Shown: positions 1 through 12,952 of the stretch, in pieces
How positions within the stretch are numbered: position 1 is the first letter of the stretch
How the letters are laid out: each line of letters begins with the position of its first letter
The notes under the pieces: generated by a model
What the model saw: only the letters and a program-made list of their open reading frames with translations
Databases searched by the model: none
Told to the model about the DNA's origin: nothing
Origin: Psilocybe cubensis
Taxonomy: Eukaryota
Assembly: GCA_017499595.2 (NCBI GenBank)
Contig: CM039010.1
Coordinates: 1,984,001 to 2,048,000 of the forward strand
Length of the DNA: 64,000 nt
Direction: 5' to 3'
Translations under genes and position numbers: made by a program

Positions 1-1356
1 CGCTAGAGAATGAACAGGTGCGATTCCGAAACAGATATTCCACAGCGCGGAGCACTGACCTGCCGCTTTACAGGCCATACTAGAACCGTTTACATACATT
101 ACCTCTAATCCAGGCAAGGAAATACGCGGGAAACTCATCGAGGCATTCAACATATGGCTAAAGGTCCCCAGCGACAAATTGCAAGTCATTGCAAAAATCG
201 TAAACATGCTCCACGCAGCCAGTCTCATGTATAGTCGGACATATTGTGCTACGGTTACCGTTATTAAACGTCGTGGACAGGGTTGACGATATAGAGGATG
301 ACTCCCAATTAAGAAGAGGGACACCCGGTACGCAATATCTACGCGTTTGGCGCCTGTCGTTGTGCTAACAGACATGTAGTGACACACAAAATCTATGGCA
401 TTCCTCAGACAATTAATACAGCCAACTACGTGTACTTTCTAGCCTATCAAGAACTCTTTGCCCTTCGCGGATCCGAGACTTCAGATCCACCTCGACAACC
501 TCTTGATGCGTTGGTTACTAGTGAGTTTACTTTCTGGTGTCCACTGTTGGCTAACTAATTATGCCTCTCAAGCGGAACTGCTATCGTTGCATCGCGGACA
601 AGGTTTGGAGATACTTTGGCGTGACTCGCTCCAATGTCCCTCCGAGGAAGAGTATATCAGAATGGTCAACAACAGTACGTCTCAATTCATAGTACCAACT
701 CAATCAAGCTAGACGTCTCTCCAGAAACCGGTGGCCTACTCCGTATAGGGATTAAACTCATGATGGCATGCTGTACGACGAACGTGGATGTGTGAGTATC
801 TCGCATTTCTCTCCCTGAATACATTTTAACTCGTGGACAGTGATTATGTGCCCCTGGTCAATCTAATAGGAGTTTACTTCCAAATCCGCGACGATTTAAT
901 GAACCTGCAAAGCACAGAGGTAACGCAGTGCCTGACAAACAATCTATGTGTCCTCTGACTCTTACATTTAAATAGTACACGTCAAACAAGGGTTTCGCCG
1001 AAGACTTGTCAGAGGGAAAGTTTTCCTTTCCAGTTGTTCATGGAATCCATGCGGACAAGTCGAATCGCCAAGTACTCAGTCAGTATTTCTCTCATTATGA
1101 AGCCTCTATCTATCACGTCCAGCAATATTAACGCAAAATTCATTTAGACGTGCTCCAAAAACGGCCCACAACGCCGACATTGAAGATCCACACCATTAAC
1201 TATCTCAAGAACGTCACCAAGTCATTCGACTACACGCTATCTGTGATGGCCAACCTGGAGGCTCAGACTAGAGCGGAAATATCGAGGCTAGGGGGGAACA
1301 AGGGTCTAGAGGCTATCATGGACTTGCTGCATGTGGATGCAAGCAAATTTTCGTGA
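1..1356 (+). CDS. BTS1: Geranylgeranyl pyrophosphate synthase (5'-truncated by the window, multi-exon)
   Basis: Spliced translation gives [34 protein letters not shown] (first Asp-rich motif), [19 protein letters not shown] (second motif) and [18 protein letters not shown] introns; stop at 1354-1356. Confidence 0.93.
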
Positions 1357-1951
1357 GATGTAGAATTGTCACAATGGACTAACTCTTCCTACATCGCTCA
1401 GGATAATCTAGTCTAATTTGCCACATAACCGAAATCTCACTTTACACCTCTCGAGATGTGCACCAAAGTTGTACAGTACATCGCTCCATCAACAGAATAG
1501 AAATGGAAGGTCATTGAGCACATGAACGACCGTAGACGGTCGGCCATCTTAGTTCCGCCGAATGTCTGTTAGAAGTTAGGGTATGCTCCTTTGCCTCTGA
1601 AGCATCCAATTGACAGCAAAAATCTGGCTGGTGTCGTGCAGATCTAGGCGGACAAACGGATTGAACCTAGTCACTATCATTTGTGATGAAACCGTGCTGT
1701 GGAACACCACCATTAAGTTAATTTTTCCTCTCTCTCATATCTAACACAATTCGCACCACCTCGGACCACATTCTGATATGTGTCCGCTACGGCCATGGGA
1801 CCCGTCATGGGTATCACGTGGTATGTTGAATCTTCCTCTTTGAAGCCATGCAGGCTAGATCTCTGGTTGTTTCTGTGTTTCTGGAATACCGCAACACCGT
1901 CACTATCTTTTCAGACACTCATTCAACAAAGGCTCCGTTTATCAGGACGTA

Positions 1952-4191
1952 ATGATTCGAAACCACGATCCTTTTGCTCTTGCACTGCGACAATTTCTGG
2001 ATGCAGGCTATGAATATGCGGAGCCCTATCCAGATAACTCCAACAACCCTGAGCCGGTTAATCCTCTTATATTCTATGACAGGCATGTCGCATCTACTCT
2101 GGTGCTAAAGAATATCAAACGTGCGCCGTGGATTGCCAGGGAGCTTGCCAAAATTTGCGAGAACACCATCAAGGAATTTACTATGGCGGGTCACAAATTT
2201 ATTGACAATCGCGACTACCGGAAACTTTTTCATAAGCAACCATCGTATAACAGGTATTGCGACGGTGTAGCAGACTATCACTTCGATCATATTAGTCTGC
2301 CGTGCAGTGCATACGCCTCGAAGCTGCTTTTTAGCCCCAATGATCCACGGTGGTTTACCTTTATAGTGCCACGTAAAGGTGCGTATCAGGACATTCACTA
2401 CTCCTTTCGTTGCTCTGGCGACACTGCAATTATCAAACCCAAGGGTGAGGATATTGGAGATAGGGAATATGATATTCCACCTGAAACTCGGTCGACGCTG
2501 GATCGTTACACGCTATCGAAGATCAACAAACTTAGGGACATGAACAGCATTTTTAATTACGAATTCTTCATCAAGGCAAAACCTGCAGAGGCACTTCTGA
2601 AGAAGATGGATTGCTGGGGACCCTTCAAATGGGAAATGCCAACAGTCACAGGTGCTCCGGTATTGCCCGTCTCTCCTCCACACAAGGATTCGGATATCAT
2701 TCAACTCTTCTTCCCTGCATTGAATTCAGAAACCCCCCGTCCCTTATCCACTCGCAAGGGAAATACTTCTCCAAAGCCTGCTCGCATGAAACGAATTGTA
2801 GCTCCGCTGAGAAGGAATAATGGGGGCGAATCAAAATACAGGATTAACGTTCGCCATTACATACAAAAGGTGATATTTCGTCAATACTCACTACACAATT
2901 CTTATATTTGATGCAGGTGTGGGCAAATGCAGTTGAGACGGACGCTACATTCATCGTGTTTACCTGCGGCAGACAGGAGAGAATCGGCATTCGTCACCGT
3001 CAAAGTCAGACTCTGTATCTTTCCGACCCGATTGATCCAGTCCAAATGAAGGAACCTGGTTATCGCCAGATGCACCTTGGCCTCACTATCGCTGCCATAA
3101 AGGATCGATTGGCTATGTTGGTTCAAACGGAAGAGGTCAATCAACGACCTTCAAAGCGTAAAGATATTGCACAGAGTTTCGTTGCTTACAACAGCATGAA
3201 AGACAGAGCGACAAGAAGAAAGCGGAGGAAATTAAATCCTGAGCTGGATTCGATCTCTCTGGAAATAGATAAAAAGGCATGTTTTGTCATGGACCATACC
3301 ACGCACATTTGAACTCGCATAAATCTTATAGACATTCGACGAAGAATTAGCCAAGAGGGAGCTGGTTCTTTTTTATCTAAATTTTGGGGGCTGGACCTCA
3401 CCAGCACCCTCTTCATTTCAACGTATGGAGCCTTCGTGCACATCACGACCGTTCCAAAGCCAACCATACCGTTTTAAACGCAAAGCGTCGTACCGCCCAG
3501 AAGACTATATCTCGGTGGTTACACATGAAGACGCCATTGGGAGTGGGGCGATGGGTATGGTATACAGAGTCACCGTCGAAATTGAAATGGAGGATGGATC
3601 AAAACATCAGCGCACTCTTATTCTCAAACTCGCCATTGGTCCTAAAAAAGATCAAATTATCCGAGAATACGAAATGTATAAACGGTTGGCTGAAGCAGAT
3701 GTCATGTACGGAATTGTTAGCGTCCATGGCTTGTTTCACGATATGGAAACCGATGCAATGATCATGATTATGGATGATGCAGGGAAGTCACTTAGAACAC
3801 GCGCAATCGAGCAAAACCTCGAAATTCACTATAATCTGGATACCTCTGTCCAGACGACAGAGGAAGAACGGTGGGTATTCCTACACCCAAGTATGCATTC
3901 GTTATTAACTTTTGAACTTCTAGGGATGCCTTTATCAAGGCTTTGGAAGGCATCCATAGCGCGCGCGTAATTCACCAAGACCTTAGGATCGACAACTTGA
4001 TGATTAACGATGCTGGTGATGTTTTCATAATCGATTTTGACAACGCTGAATACGACACCTTCCAACGTACATCTATTTTCGAGGAAGATCTGGGAGAACT
4101 ATTGACAGTAATTGGGTGGCTAGACAGTGACGACGAGGACGGCGATGGTAAAGATGAAGATGGAGGTGAAGAGGATGGTGACCAAGCGTAA
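1952..4191 (+). CDS. Degenerate nuclease-like domain plus small protein-kinase-like domain, copy 1 (4 exons)
   Basis: Exons about 1952-2869, 2917-3276, 3332-3870 and 3924-4191. Kinase motifs GSGAMGMVY, LILK, EYE, HQDLRIDN, IIDFD; basic RRKRRK cluster; acidic tail. Clearly paralogous to the genes at 14657 and 17437. Confidence 0.85.
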
Positions 4192-4518
4192 TGCGTTGGT
4201 TTTTTAGGCTTGATGTATCCTTCTGCCGGACTCAGTACTCATTGGATGCCAATGTCAGCGCCGATGATTAAACTTATTTTACCATCATTAACTGAGGAAT
4301 AAAAAATGGAGCCAGGGCCTACAAAGCAGCTTTAAGTATAACCTATTTCCATTGTTTGTCATTGTTCCAAGTCCTCAAAACTCTGGTAAGGATAGATTAT
4401 TGTGAATGTATTCAGGCTGGACACAATTTAAGCAAATTCTAAGTGTCATCATGATTAAATTGTGGATACATATACTGCCGGACTACGTATGATTTGATGC
4501 CGACAGTCGTCAGCCAAT

Positions 4519-7117
4519 TTAAATCCAAAACTTGTCAAATAATTTCAACTCATCTTCCTTCGCTCTGCCAAAAATTGTGGCTTCGTCTTCCTCGTTGTTG
4601 TTGAAGGAGCCTGATTGAGGCTTATAGCTAACGATAGATACACGAGCGGTCCCATCTTCGACCTTGGAGATCAAAAAATGTCCCGATTTCGGGTTTCCGT
4701 GAAGAAGTCGTTGTTCGTGTAATGCGTTGATTGCTTCAACATAACAGTTTCTTGTTTCCACATTTGCCATAAGCATAATATATTTGAATGAGTGTAATTC
4801 AAAAAGACAGACGTACCGGTGCTTTTTTGCAAATGTGAACATCCTCTTATGCCGGAGGTCGTCGTACGAAACGCCAGCGTCATTCATTAACATCATGCGT
4901 ACGTTCGAATTGGGAACCTCTAATATTCCAAAGACTTTGACCCCAAAGCTGGTGGTTTCGACTCGACGATGGATTTGGAGCTCGTACTTCAACGTTTTGT
5001 ACTCATATTTGTTCTGAGTCACCTTTACAACAAATTTGTTGGAAAAGCTGGCACTTCCATTCCTAACGACAACAGGATAAACCTTGTCGGTTATTTTATC
5101 GCCAAGTTCCAAGATCCACTTCGACTCTAACTGAGATGGCGGCGTCGACTTGTGATCTCTCAACATGCATTTGTCGTACGGATCCTCCATGGATGCTTTG
5201 CCAGAAAGAATCTTTGGAAGAAGCACGTTGAATACAACTTTGTTTTCAAAATCATAAACAACATCCTGGAAAACAGTAGATATGTAAATCGATAGGCATT
5301 AAACTATTATCTGTTTGCTTACCTCCAATGTCAGCTGAGCTTCCGCTGCCTGCGACAGCCCTGCTGCTGCTGGATGAACCGGCGGGTAAGGATCAAAGTC
5401 AATTTGGAGGTGATATGATGGAGGGAAAATGGGGTCAGGTGTTGTTTCTAGTGCCTCCAGCTGATGCGACCGATCGCGAGCATCATAAAACGCCAAACCA
5501 TGCAAGCTGATTTGCGTCTTCCTGTAAAGGAGGTCGTCAACCTTAAATACATCCGACATGAATAGAGTATTTCTGGCTCTGTTGCGGATGAAGATGATTT
5601 CGTAGTTTCCCGCGTTGAGAATGAGAATTGTAGCGTCAAACTTCACCATCGCTGACCAAATCTAATAAAATGTTTCCAGAACAGCTCAATTCATCGAACC
5701 CTTTAGATTGATGAATTAAACGAACCTGTATAATCATATCTCGCGGCTTCGGAGGTCTTTTGTCATACTGTTCCTTTTTTTTCTTTTTGGAAATTTTTTT
5801 CGAGGACGTTATCGGTTTAAATGTCTTTGATGCTCGTTTCTTCCTGTTGGTTTGAATGACGGTCTTTTTTTTGGCGGTAGCTTTGGATGAAGTCATGGCA
5901 ATGGAAATATTCTCTACTGGAGTAGACTCTGGCCCGAAGGGATTCGTCCAAGTGGGATTATGATCGACTACATCATCTGCGTCCGGGTATGGGTTTGTAT
6001 CTGGCTCTGTATCCATATCGTCGTACGTAGTTGGACGATGATATCTGGTGCCACTACCACCCGCATTATGGCCATCAGAACTATCATCCATGTCTGAACC
6101 AGACGAGTCTGACTCCTCGTCTGACTCCTGGTCTTCATTTACTGGGTCTGGAACATAAACAGACTCATATATCTCGTTGATGATTTTGACGTCCCGAGAG
6201 TCAAACCCAACCTTACGACCTGTGGAAGTGCGACGCCCATCTCGATCATGCCTGCTATCCTTGCAGTGCTCTTTCCTTTCTCTGCTACACGTCGGCCATT
6301 TAAAATCCCCTGCCAGTTTGGAAAACTTGTCCAACGTTTGCCTGGAACCCGCGTAGAGGCTTTTGAACTCCCAGAGCATCATGTGATGCAAGTTGTGCTT
6401 TGTGATTAATTGAATATCTTTTTGGTCGTTCGCACAAAGGGATTTGAGAGCTTCAGCCTGTTCATCCTCAAGTTGACGCGAAATGCACAAGAAACCGTCT
6501 GGAGTGGCAAATTTTTTTCCAGCGTGCCGCTCCCTTGGTGACAATTCAAACTCGAATATCTTTGTCCATTTAGAGGGCTTGAATATCAGGTTGGAAGAAA
6601 GCAAAGCCAATGGGGTTCCGAATTTAGAGCCGTATGACGCCGCCAGGGCGTTTTCGTTCTTAATGGACTTCTCCTGGGAGGTTTGGTCTGATGCCAATTT
6701 CCCATTGTCAAGATCGCCTGTATTGTTTATAGGGAAGTCGTCTTTGGTTGACGTGAAAAGTAAATGTGTAGAAATCCAGTCGTCGCATACAGAAGACACC
6801 TTTTCAGGAAGATCTTTCACTGGAATAATTCTGCGCAATTGTAGCTCGGGGTGAAGATGTAGATCAAAAAAGCTAGCCTTTCGCGATGCTGTTGAGCGTG
6901 ATGCATTTTTCGAGGCTTTAAATGGCGTCTGGGGGGATTTGAGAAAGCGATCCAACCGCTCTCGGGGTGGGACATAGAAATCGGACGATATAGGTTGGGA
7001 GTTTGAGTGTTCTTCTTCTTTCACATCATCCGCACCATCGCTGATGTTACGATTTTGCTGCTCCTTAAGAAGTTCGACTGATTTGGCGGAAGTGACCTGA
7101 GATTGTTTATGATCCAT
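4519..7117 (-). CDS. Divergent paralogue: PD-(D/E)xK nuclease-like domain plus pseudokinase (4 exons)
   Basis: Exons about 7117-5726, 5661-5323, 5265-4817 and 4750-4519 (start could be 7234). TPDGFL...WEFK motif. IIQ|IWSAMVKFDATILILNAGNYEIIFIRNRARNTLFMSD aligns with YIQK|VWANAVETDATFIVFTCGRQERIGIRHRQSQTLYLSD of the plus-strand copies. Kinase loop reads HGNPKSGHF and the DF motif reads IVSY. Confidence 0.75.
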
Positions 7118-8369
7118 GATGCCGATGAAACTTTGGAGAGCCTGATGTAACACAAAGCCCAAGCGGGGAGTGAGGCTTGAGGAGACCTTGACTAACTTAT
7201 ATATATACGATGTGAATCGGATTGTCATTGGCATTCGTGAGATAGATCATTATCCATTACAAATTCTCCGTTTAGAATAGATAAGTCGATTCTCCGGGGC
7301 AGAAATTACCAGTCGTACACACGGCAGGCACGAGGCGTGTGTACTCGGTTGCTCTCTCTTTGCAGTTTTGCGTCAGTGTCGTATATACAAAATGAATTTG
7401 AAGATCTTCAAACATTTCACACGGGAGAGATGAGGTAGAAATGGACAAACATCAATGTTCCCTAAGTCAGAACGAGCTTTTGGGGAGTGCCGGGGTCCGG
7501 AAGCGCCCACCACTAGCTGATATGTTGATATATCATTTATCTCTTATCATAGGAAATTCGTGATATATCTAGTCATGATATATCACCCACCTGTAGTTGC
7601 TAGGCTCGTGACCATCCTGTATATAAAGTATTCGATATACAGGATGGTGCAGGGAATCTGGGATGGTGTATCTGAGTTTTAATCCTCGATACGCGCGCCT
7701 CCCACGCCCCAATTTCCTTTGATGAGTAAAACCTCCCCTAAATCAGACTAGTACAAGAAAATCAGAACTGCTGCCTTGCGTCGCGACACGGCCGTCTTGT
7801 GTGCAACTTACGTCCATCGTCTGGTACCATAAGCACAGCACGTTGAGGGTTTTGTCAATGACAAGTTAAAAAAGTGTTTCTCATGCTTGCCTTGTTCAAA
7901 AAAAGACATTGATTGAGTGGTTATGCAAGCCCGTGGAATACAAAAAAAATGACGATAAGGGACACACATATCATTTGACGTTCGAGGGCGAGTACAAATC
8001 GTAGAACTTGCAGCAACACGACGATACAGAAACATTTAGCAAATATATGGTTGAAGTTGTGTCCTCAGGCTGCCGAATGAGCGCCTCTCATGGCCTGACA
8101 CGTGATATCTTTAGGGCCGGTGTTTGTGCAGTTAAGGTAACACGGGCGTGGGACCGCGCGTATCAGGGATTCAAACTCAGATATACAGGTCTGTATAACG
8201 ACTACTTCTTATACAGACCGGTCACAGGTCTATGTAGTTGCGCTTACATGCAATCATTCTTTAAGACTCAAATATCAAGTCCGTCCTATATAAAATTTGC
8301 TTGGCCCAGTTCTGCCCAGTTTTGGGAATGCTTGTTTTGGAAAAAGGCGGGATGGAGAGAGTAATAATG

Positions 8370-8684
8370 TGTCAGAGACTCAAATAAATATATGGAGAAG
8401 GTGCCTGAGATGGAATATGGATTTGGGAATCTGGCACTGAGTTGATTCCGTGAGGAATCAACTCGACGAATCTAAGAACTATATACGACGAGAATTCCGA
8501 AACTAACTAACTACGTAGTTAAACCAGTCATACAAACTTGTCAGCCAAGTAATCAGTCAAATCAGAAATACAAATCATCCAACACCTAACTAGAGTGACC
8601 GATAGTGTCCGTTATCTAATCTATACATGCAGTCACGAGAGTCTACACTAAACAAGGAAACCAGTAATCGAACGAGTCATCACA
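8370..8684 (-). repeat. 3' LTR (315 bp)
   Basis: TGTCAGAGAC...GTCATCACA on the plus strand; no difference from 13971-14285 seen on reading. Confidence 0.97.
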
Positions 8685-8694
8685 GTACCCCCTC
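8685..8694 (-). other. Polypurine tract of the retrotransposon
   Basis: Minus strand GAGGGGGTAC lies directly before the 3' LTR and just after the pol stop. Confidence 0.8.
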
Positions 8695-8695
8695 G

Positions 8696-11600
8696 TTAGG
8701 ACTGAGCGAGGTATCGTGAGGGAGGCTTGGTAATTCGACCAGTACGAGTATGTTGATGATGAGGAGGTTCGTATTCAGTCATCCATGGTTGAGTGATAGA
8801 TTTATCATCGTTGCCTCGATAGAGGTGTTGACTTAAGTAATCGACTGAGGGTGGAGTTGGAATGTCGTTGAAACTTCGGGGTTGAGCATGAGGTAATGCC
8901 GAAAATTCGAAACGTGGGGGGTGAGGCTTGGAACGATTCCGACGATGGAATGATTCGAGTATGTCATAGTCGCGTCTTGAAATTTCCGAAAATGGAACCC
9001 ATGAATTTTCCGAATCGGGAAGTTCATGCCAGGATAGTAGATAGTCGTATCTTCGACCGACGCGACGGGAATCTAAAACTTTCTTGACTTTTGTGGTAGG
9101 ATCTTCCTCTAGTTCTAGATTCATAGAAGTTCCAGGTTGTTGAAATTCATTTTGAATATATGGTTCTAAGAGTGAAATATGAAAAACGGGGTGTAAGCGA
9201 GATAATGAACGAGGTAAATCAAGAAGATACGAAGAAGATCCTTTCTTGTCAAGGATCCTAAATGGTCCGATCTTCCTGTAATCCAATTTGTCCGATGGCC
9301 GCGTGGTCTTAATGTTCCGACGACGTAACCATACGAGGTCTCCAGCTTTGAACTCGGGTCCAGCGATATGACGACGATTATAGTACTGAGTAATGTAATC
9401 GTTAGAATGCTGTAGTTTGGCACGGAGCTCTTGATGTATGATATCAAGGTAGGAGGCGACATCGTTCGCCAGTGGATTGGTTGAGCGTTCAGTAATCTTG
9501 ATATCGAAGTCCGGATGATAACCTAGGTTGGCAAAAAATGGTGTTTGCTGAGTGGAGGAGTTAATCGTATTATTAAACGAAAACTCAGCTGTAGCCAGAT
9601 AGTCCACCCAATCATCTTGATTATATGAGCAGAACGAACGTAAGTAGACTTCTAAAGTTTGATTTGTTCTCTCAGTAAGTCCGTCCGTTTGGGGATGATA
9701 TGCTGTTGACGGTCGCATCTTCGTTCCACAGAGCTTCATAAGGTTGGTGAGAAACGAGGAAATAAAAACTGATCCTCTATCGCAAACGATTGACTGTGGG
9801 AAGCCGTGATGACGAAAGATTCGATCCATGTATATGCGTGCGAGAGTGGGAGCGTCCATAGACTCGTTGACAGGGATAAAATGGGCGGCTCTTGTCATGC
9901 GATCACATATTACCCATATCGCGTCGTAGCCATGAGATAGCGGTAATTTTGTGATGAAATCCATGGATATTGATGACCAGGGTCGATGCGGGATATCGAG
10001 AGGCTGAAGTAATCCATAAGGTTTGTGCGGGAAGACTTTGTTTCGTGCACAATGATCACACGAAGACACGTAAGAACGTATGTAGCGTCGCATATTTGGC
10101 CAAGAGAAATCTCTTGCAACGAGATCATAGGTTCCTGCACGTCCTGGATGTCCTGAGATCACAGAATTGTGACGGAGATGTAGGATTTTAGGACGAAGAG
10201 GTTCTGGAACGTAAAGACGACCATTGTGAAATACTAAGTCATCAGTAGAGGAAAACGACTCATCGCATTGTGTACGGGCTTCACGCCACTGAAGATCGTG
10301 TCTGTATGCCTCTTTGAATTCTTGAAGCAATTCTGAATTGTCCAATGTGAACGTGGACAATGCAGATATGACGGGAGGGTCTACAGAAAGTTTGTCAGAA
10401 GGGAAAATTCGTTGAAGATGGTACTCAGTGAGTATTGGTTTTCGCTGAATTTTGAGGACGTCATCCCCCTCTTTAGGCGCGAAGTCTGGACGTCTGGAGG
10501 CAGCGTCGGCAGGGTTGTGCTTTCCCGGTTTATAATCTAATTGAAAATCATATTCCGAGAGTAACATTGACCACCTAGCCTGTCTGCGGTTTAGGGTTTT
10601 CGAGGTCATGAAATATTCGAGGTTTTTGTGGTCGCACAGGACGGAAATTGGGTGAGGAGATCCGACAAGCCATGAGCGCATGTCGCGAAATGTGTCGACA
10701 ATGGCGAGCAATTCTTTGTCGTAAATTTCGTAGTTGATCTCGGCCGGTGATAATTTCCTAGAGTGATACGCGACGGGTTGTAAGATATTAGACTCATTAG
10801 GTTGTAGAAGTATGGAAGAAATGGCGTAGTCTGATGCATCCGTGACCACTGTTGAAGGCTTCGTGGAATCGAAGTGCTGAAGCACAGGCGCGGTAGTGAA
10901 AGCCAATTTTAGCCGTTCGAAAGAAGCTTTTGCGGCTTCTGTAAGGCCAGTGAAAGAAGTCTTCGCTGTTTTGGTTGTCAAGGATGTCAGCGACAGCACA
11001 GTTTCAGAATAATGGTCAACAAATCTTCGATAAAAATTTGTGAAACCCAGGAATGACTGAATATCTTTGACTGTTTTCGGTTCGGGCCATTCAGTGATCG
11101 TCGAAAGCTTTTTAGGGTTCATTTGGACACCCTGAGATGAGATGATGAATCCGAGGTACTCGACTTGAGGCTTTTTAAATTCGCATTTCTTCGCATTTGC
11201 AAAGAGCTTGGCTTTGCGAAGTCGTTCGAGTACTTGACGGACAAGGTCGTCGTGATCTTGACCAGGTCTAGAATATATAAGTATGTCATCAATGTAAACC
11301 ACACAGAATATATCGAGAATGTCTCTTAGCGTATCCTGGATGAATGCCTGAAATGTCGCAGGAGCATTCGTCAGACCAAATGGCATGACGGTGTACTCGA
11401 ATAAGCCTAGATGTGTACGAAAGGCGGTCTTCCATTCGTCTCCTTCTTTGACGCGAATGAGATTGAAGGCGTTTTTGAGATCGATAACGGTGAACTTATC
11501 GCAACCTGCAACGCGGTCAATTAAATCGCTAGTGAGAGGTAAAGGGTACCGGTTTTTCTTGGTTATCGCGTTTAAACCGCGATAATCAACACATAGACGC

Positions 11601-12952
11601 AATTCGCCAGTCTTTTTCTTGACAAATAGAATAGGCGAGGAAGCTGATGAAGAGGAACGTCGGATATAGCCTTTATCAAGTTGTTCTTCGATGTATTCGG
11701 CTAAGACTTTGCGTTCGTCTGGAGTAAGAGAGTAAATAGGGCCGAATGGAGGTTCTTTTCCATCCTCGATTTCGATATTGATATCAAATGGACGATGTTC
11801 GGGCATTTTGAGAACCTCCACCGGTGAAAAGACATCGAGGAATTTGTGGTATGCTTCCGGGACGGTTTTCCTGAGTACCTCGTCAGGATCAGGTACGTCG
11901 TCGATTGGAATGGGTATGGGTTCCTCAGAGGGTGTTTCTGAAGGCAGTGTATCAGCATCACTTGTCAATGCATTGATACGCACCTTGAGTTCTTCGTTAG
12001 TTGTGTACCAGACACAATTCACAGCTGCACTCTTAGCGTATTTGCGAAATCGTTGGGGAGACAAAGATTTGATGTCGACGGGCTTGTTAGGCGGACCGAA
12101 GACTGGAGTGGGAGTTTCAAGAGGGGTGCACCAAATAGCAAGGAGTTCCGCACGACTAGGGCCGCTTGGAGTGACAGGACGGATGACAGATGGCATCATT
12201 CTAAAATTAGAAAAGATGCCGGGAACAAACTTCTCTCGACTTGGGACCGGTGTAGGAGTTGGGTCAGGTAGAGATTGAACAAGAGGCTTCTTGTTGACCA
12301 GACGAAGGCCTAATCCAACAGAAGATACAGAGAGATGAGAAGAGGTGACCGATGGACTTGCAAGACTATAGCCTTTGCCAAAGGCCGAAACAGGAAAATG
12401 ATGATTGGCGCCGCAACATGACAAAGCCAATTTGCCGCGGATCCAATCTATATCAGGATTATGCTCACGAAGCCAATCAAGGCCAAGAAGTACTGGATAT
12501 GGCATAGAAACAATGCCTAATTTGATAACCTCTGAATGTGTCCGAACTTTGAGTGACGTAATGACGTCGTGAGTGAGAAGTCCAGAAGACAAAGGCCTGT
12601 CGTCGATAGTATAGATGGGGACAGGTTTAGGTTTGATGGTCTTGGGTAATGAATGTCGTTTAACGAAAGTGTCGGAAATGTGAGATAGAGTCGCGCCACA
12701 GTCGACGAATGCATAAGTCTTGATTGGTGTTCGATTTGGAAAAGAGATCGTGATTGGAATAAAGAAATGAGCTCTATTCATTGGATCTAAACGAACATGA
12801 TGATGAAATAAAAACTTTGGAGCACTAGAGACTGATATCCATTCGCCGTTCTTGGTTCTGACGAATGGAGGGGCGCGACAGGAAGAACTAGGTTCAGTTC
12901 CATCTGTCGCCGAAGGAGGAGGAACTACTTCTTCTCCGGCTGGGCTTTTGGG
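8696..12952 (-). CDS. pol: Pol polyprotein (protease, RT, RNase H, integrase, chromodomain), probably expressed as Gag-Pol by -1 frameshift
   Basis: FVDCGA protease; LCVDYRGLN and YIDD RT; TDASD RNase H; H-x5-GH...C-x2-C and D,D35E integrase; IGPF; VLDSRR...YLLSW...ENSWVP chromodomain. Frame is open upstream of the first ATG (12781) into the gag end. Confidence 0.95.
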   Translation of the reverse strand, partial: PKSPAGEEVVPPPSATDGTEPSSSCRAPPFVRTKNGEWISVSSAPKFLFHHHVRLDPMNRAHFFIPITISFPNRTPIKTYAFVDCGATLSHISDTFVKRHSLPKTIKPKPVPIYTIDDRPLSSGLLTHDVITSLKVRTHSEVIKLGIVSMPYPVLLGLDWLREHNPDIDWIRGKLALSCCGANHHFPVSAFGKGYSLASPSVTSSHLSVSSVGLGLRLVNKKPLVQSLPDPTPTPVPSREKFVPGIFSNFRMMPSVIRPVTPSGPSRAELLAIWCTPLETPTPVFGPPNKPVDIKSLSPQRFRKYAKSAAVNCVWYTTNEELKVRINALTSDADTLPSETPSEEPIPIPIDDVPDPDEVLRKTVPEAYHKFLDVFSPVEVLKMPEHRPFDINIEIEDGKEPPFGPIYSLTPDERKVLAEYIEEQLDKGYIRRSSSSASSPILFVKKKTGELRLCVDYRGLNAITKKNRYPLPLTSDLIDRVAGCDKFTVIDLKNAFNLIRVKEGDEWKTAFRTHLGLFEYTVMPFGLTNAPATFQAFIQDTLRDILDIFCVVYIDDILIYSRPGQDHDDLVRQVLERLRKAKLFANAKKCEFKKPQVEYLGFIISSQGVQMNPKKLSTITEWPEPKTVKDIQSFLGFTNFYRRFVDHYSETVLSLTSLTTKTAKTSFTGLTEAAKASFERLKLAFTTAPVLQHFDSTKPSTVVTDASDYAISSILLQPNESNILQPVAYHSRKLSPAEINYEIYDKELLAIVDTFRDMRSWLVGSPHPISVLCDHKNLEYFMTSKTLNRRQARWSMLLSEYDFQLDYKPGKHNPADAASRRPDFAPKEGDDVLKIQRKPILTEYHLQRIFPSDKLSVDPPVISALSTFTLDNSELLQEFKEAYRHDLQWREARTQCDESFSSTDDLVFHNGRLYVPEPLRPKILHLRHNSVISGHPGRAGTYDLVARDFSWPNMRRYIRSYVSSCDHCARNKVFPHKPYGLLQPLDIPHRPWSSISMDFITKLPLSHGYDAIWVICDRMTRAAHFIPVNESMDAPTLARIYMDRIFRHHGFPQSIVCDRGSVFISSFLTNLMKLCGTKMRPSTAYHPQTDGLTERTNQTLEVYLRSFCSYNQDDWVDYLATAEFSFNNTINSSTQQTPFFANLGYHPDFDIKITERSTNPLANDVASYLDIIHQELRAKLQHSNDYITQYYNRRHIAGPEFKAGDLVWLRRRNIKTTRPSDKLDYRKIGPFRILDKKGSSSYLLDLPRSLSRLHPVFHISLLEPYIQNEFQQPGTSMNLELEEDPTTKVKKVLDSRRVGRRYDYLLSWHELPDSENSWVPFSEISRRDYDILESFHRRNRSKPHPPRFEFSALPHAQPRSFNDIPTPPSVDYLSQHLYRGNDDKSITQPWMTEYEPPHHQHTRTGRITKPPSRYLAQS

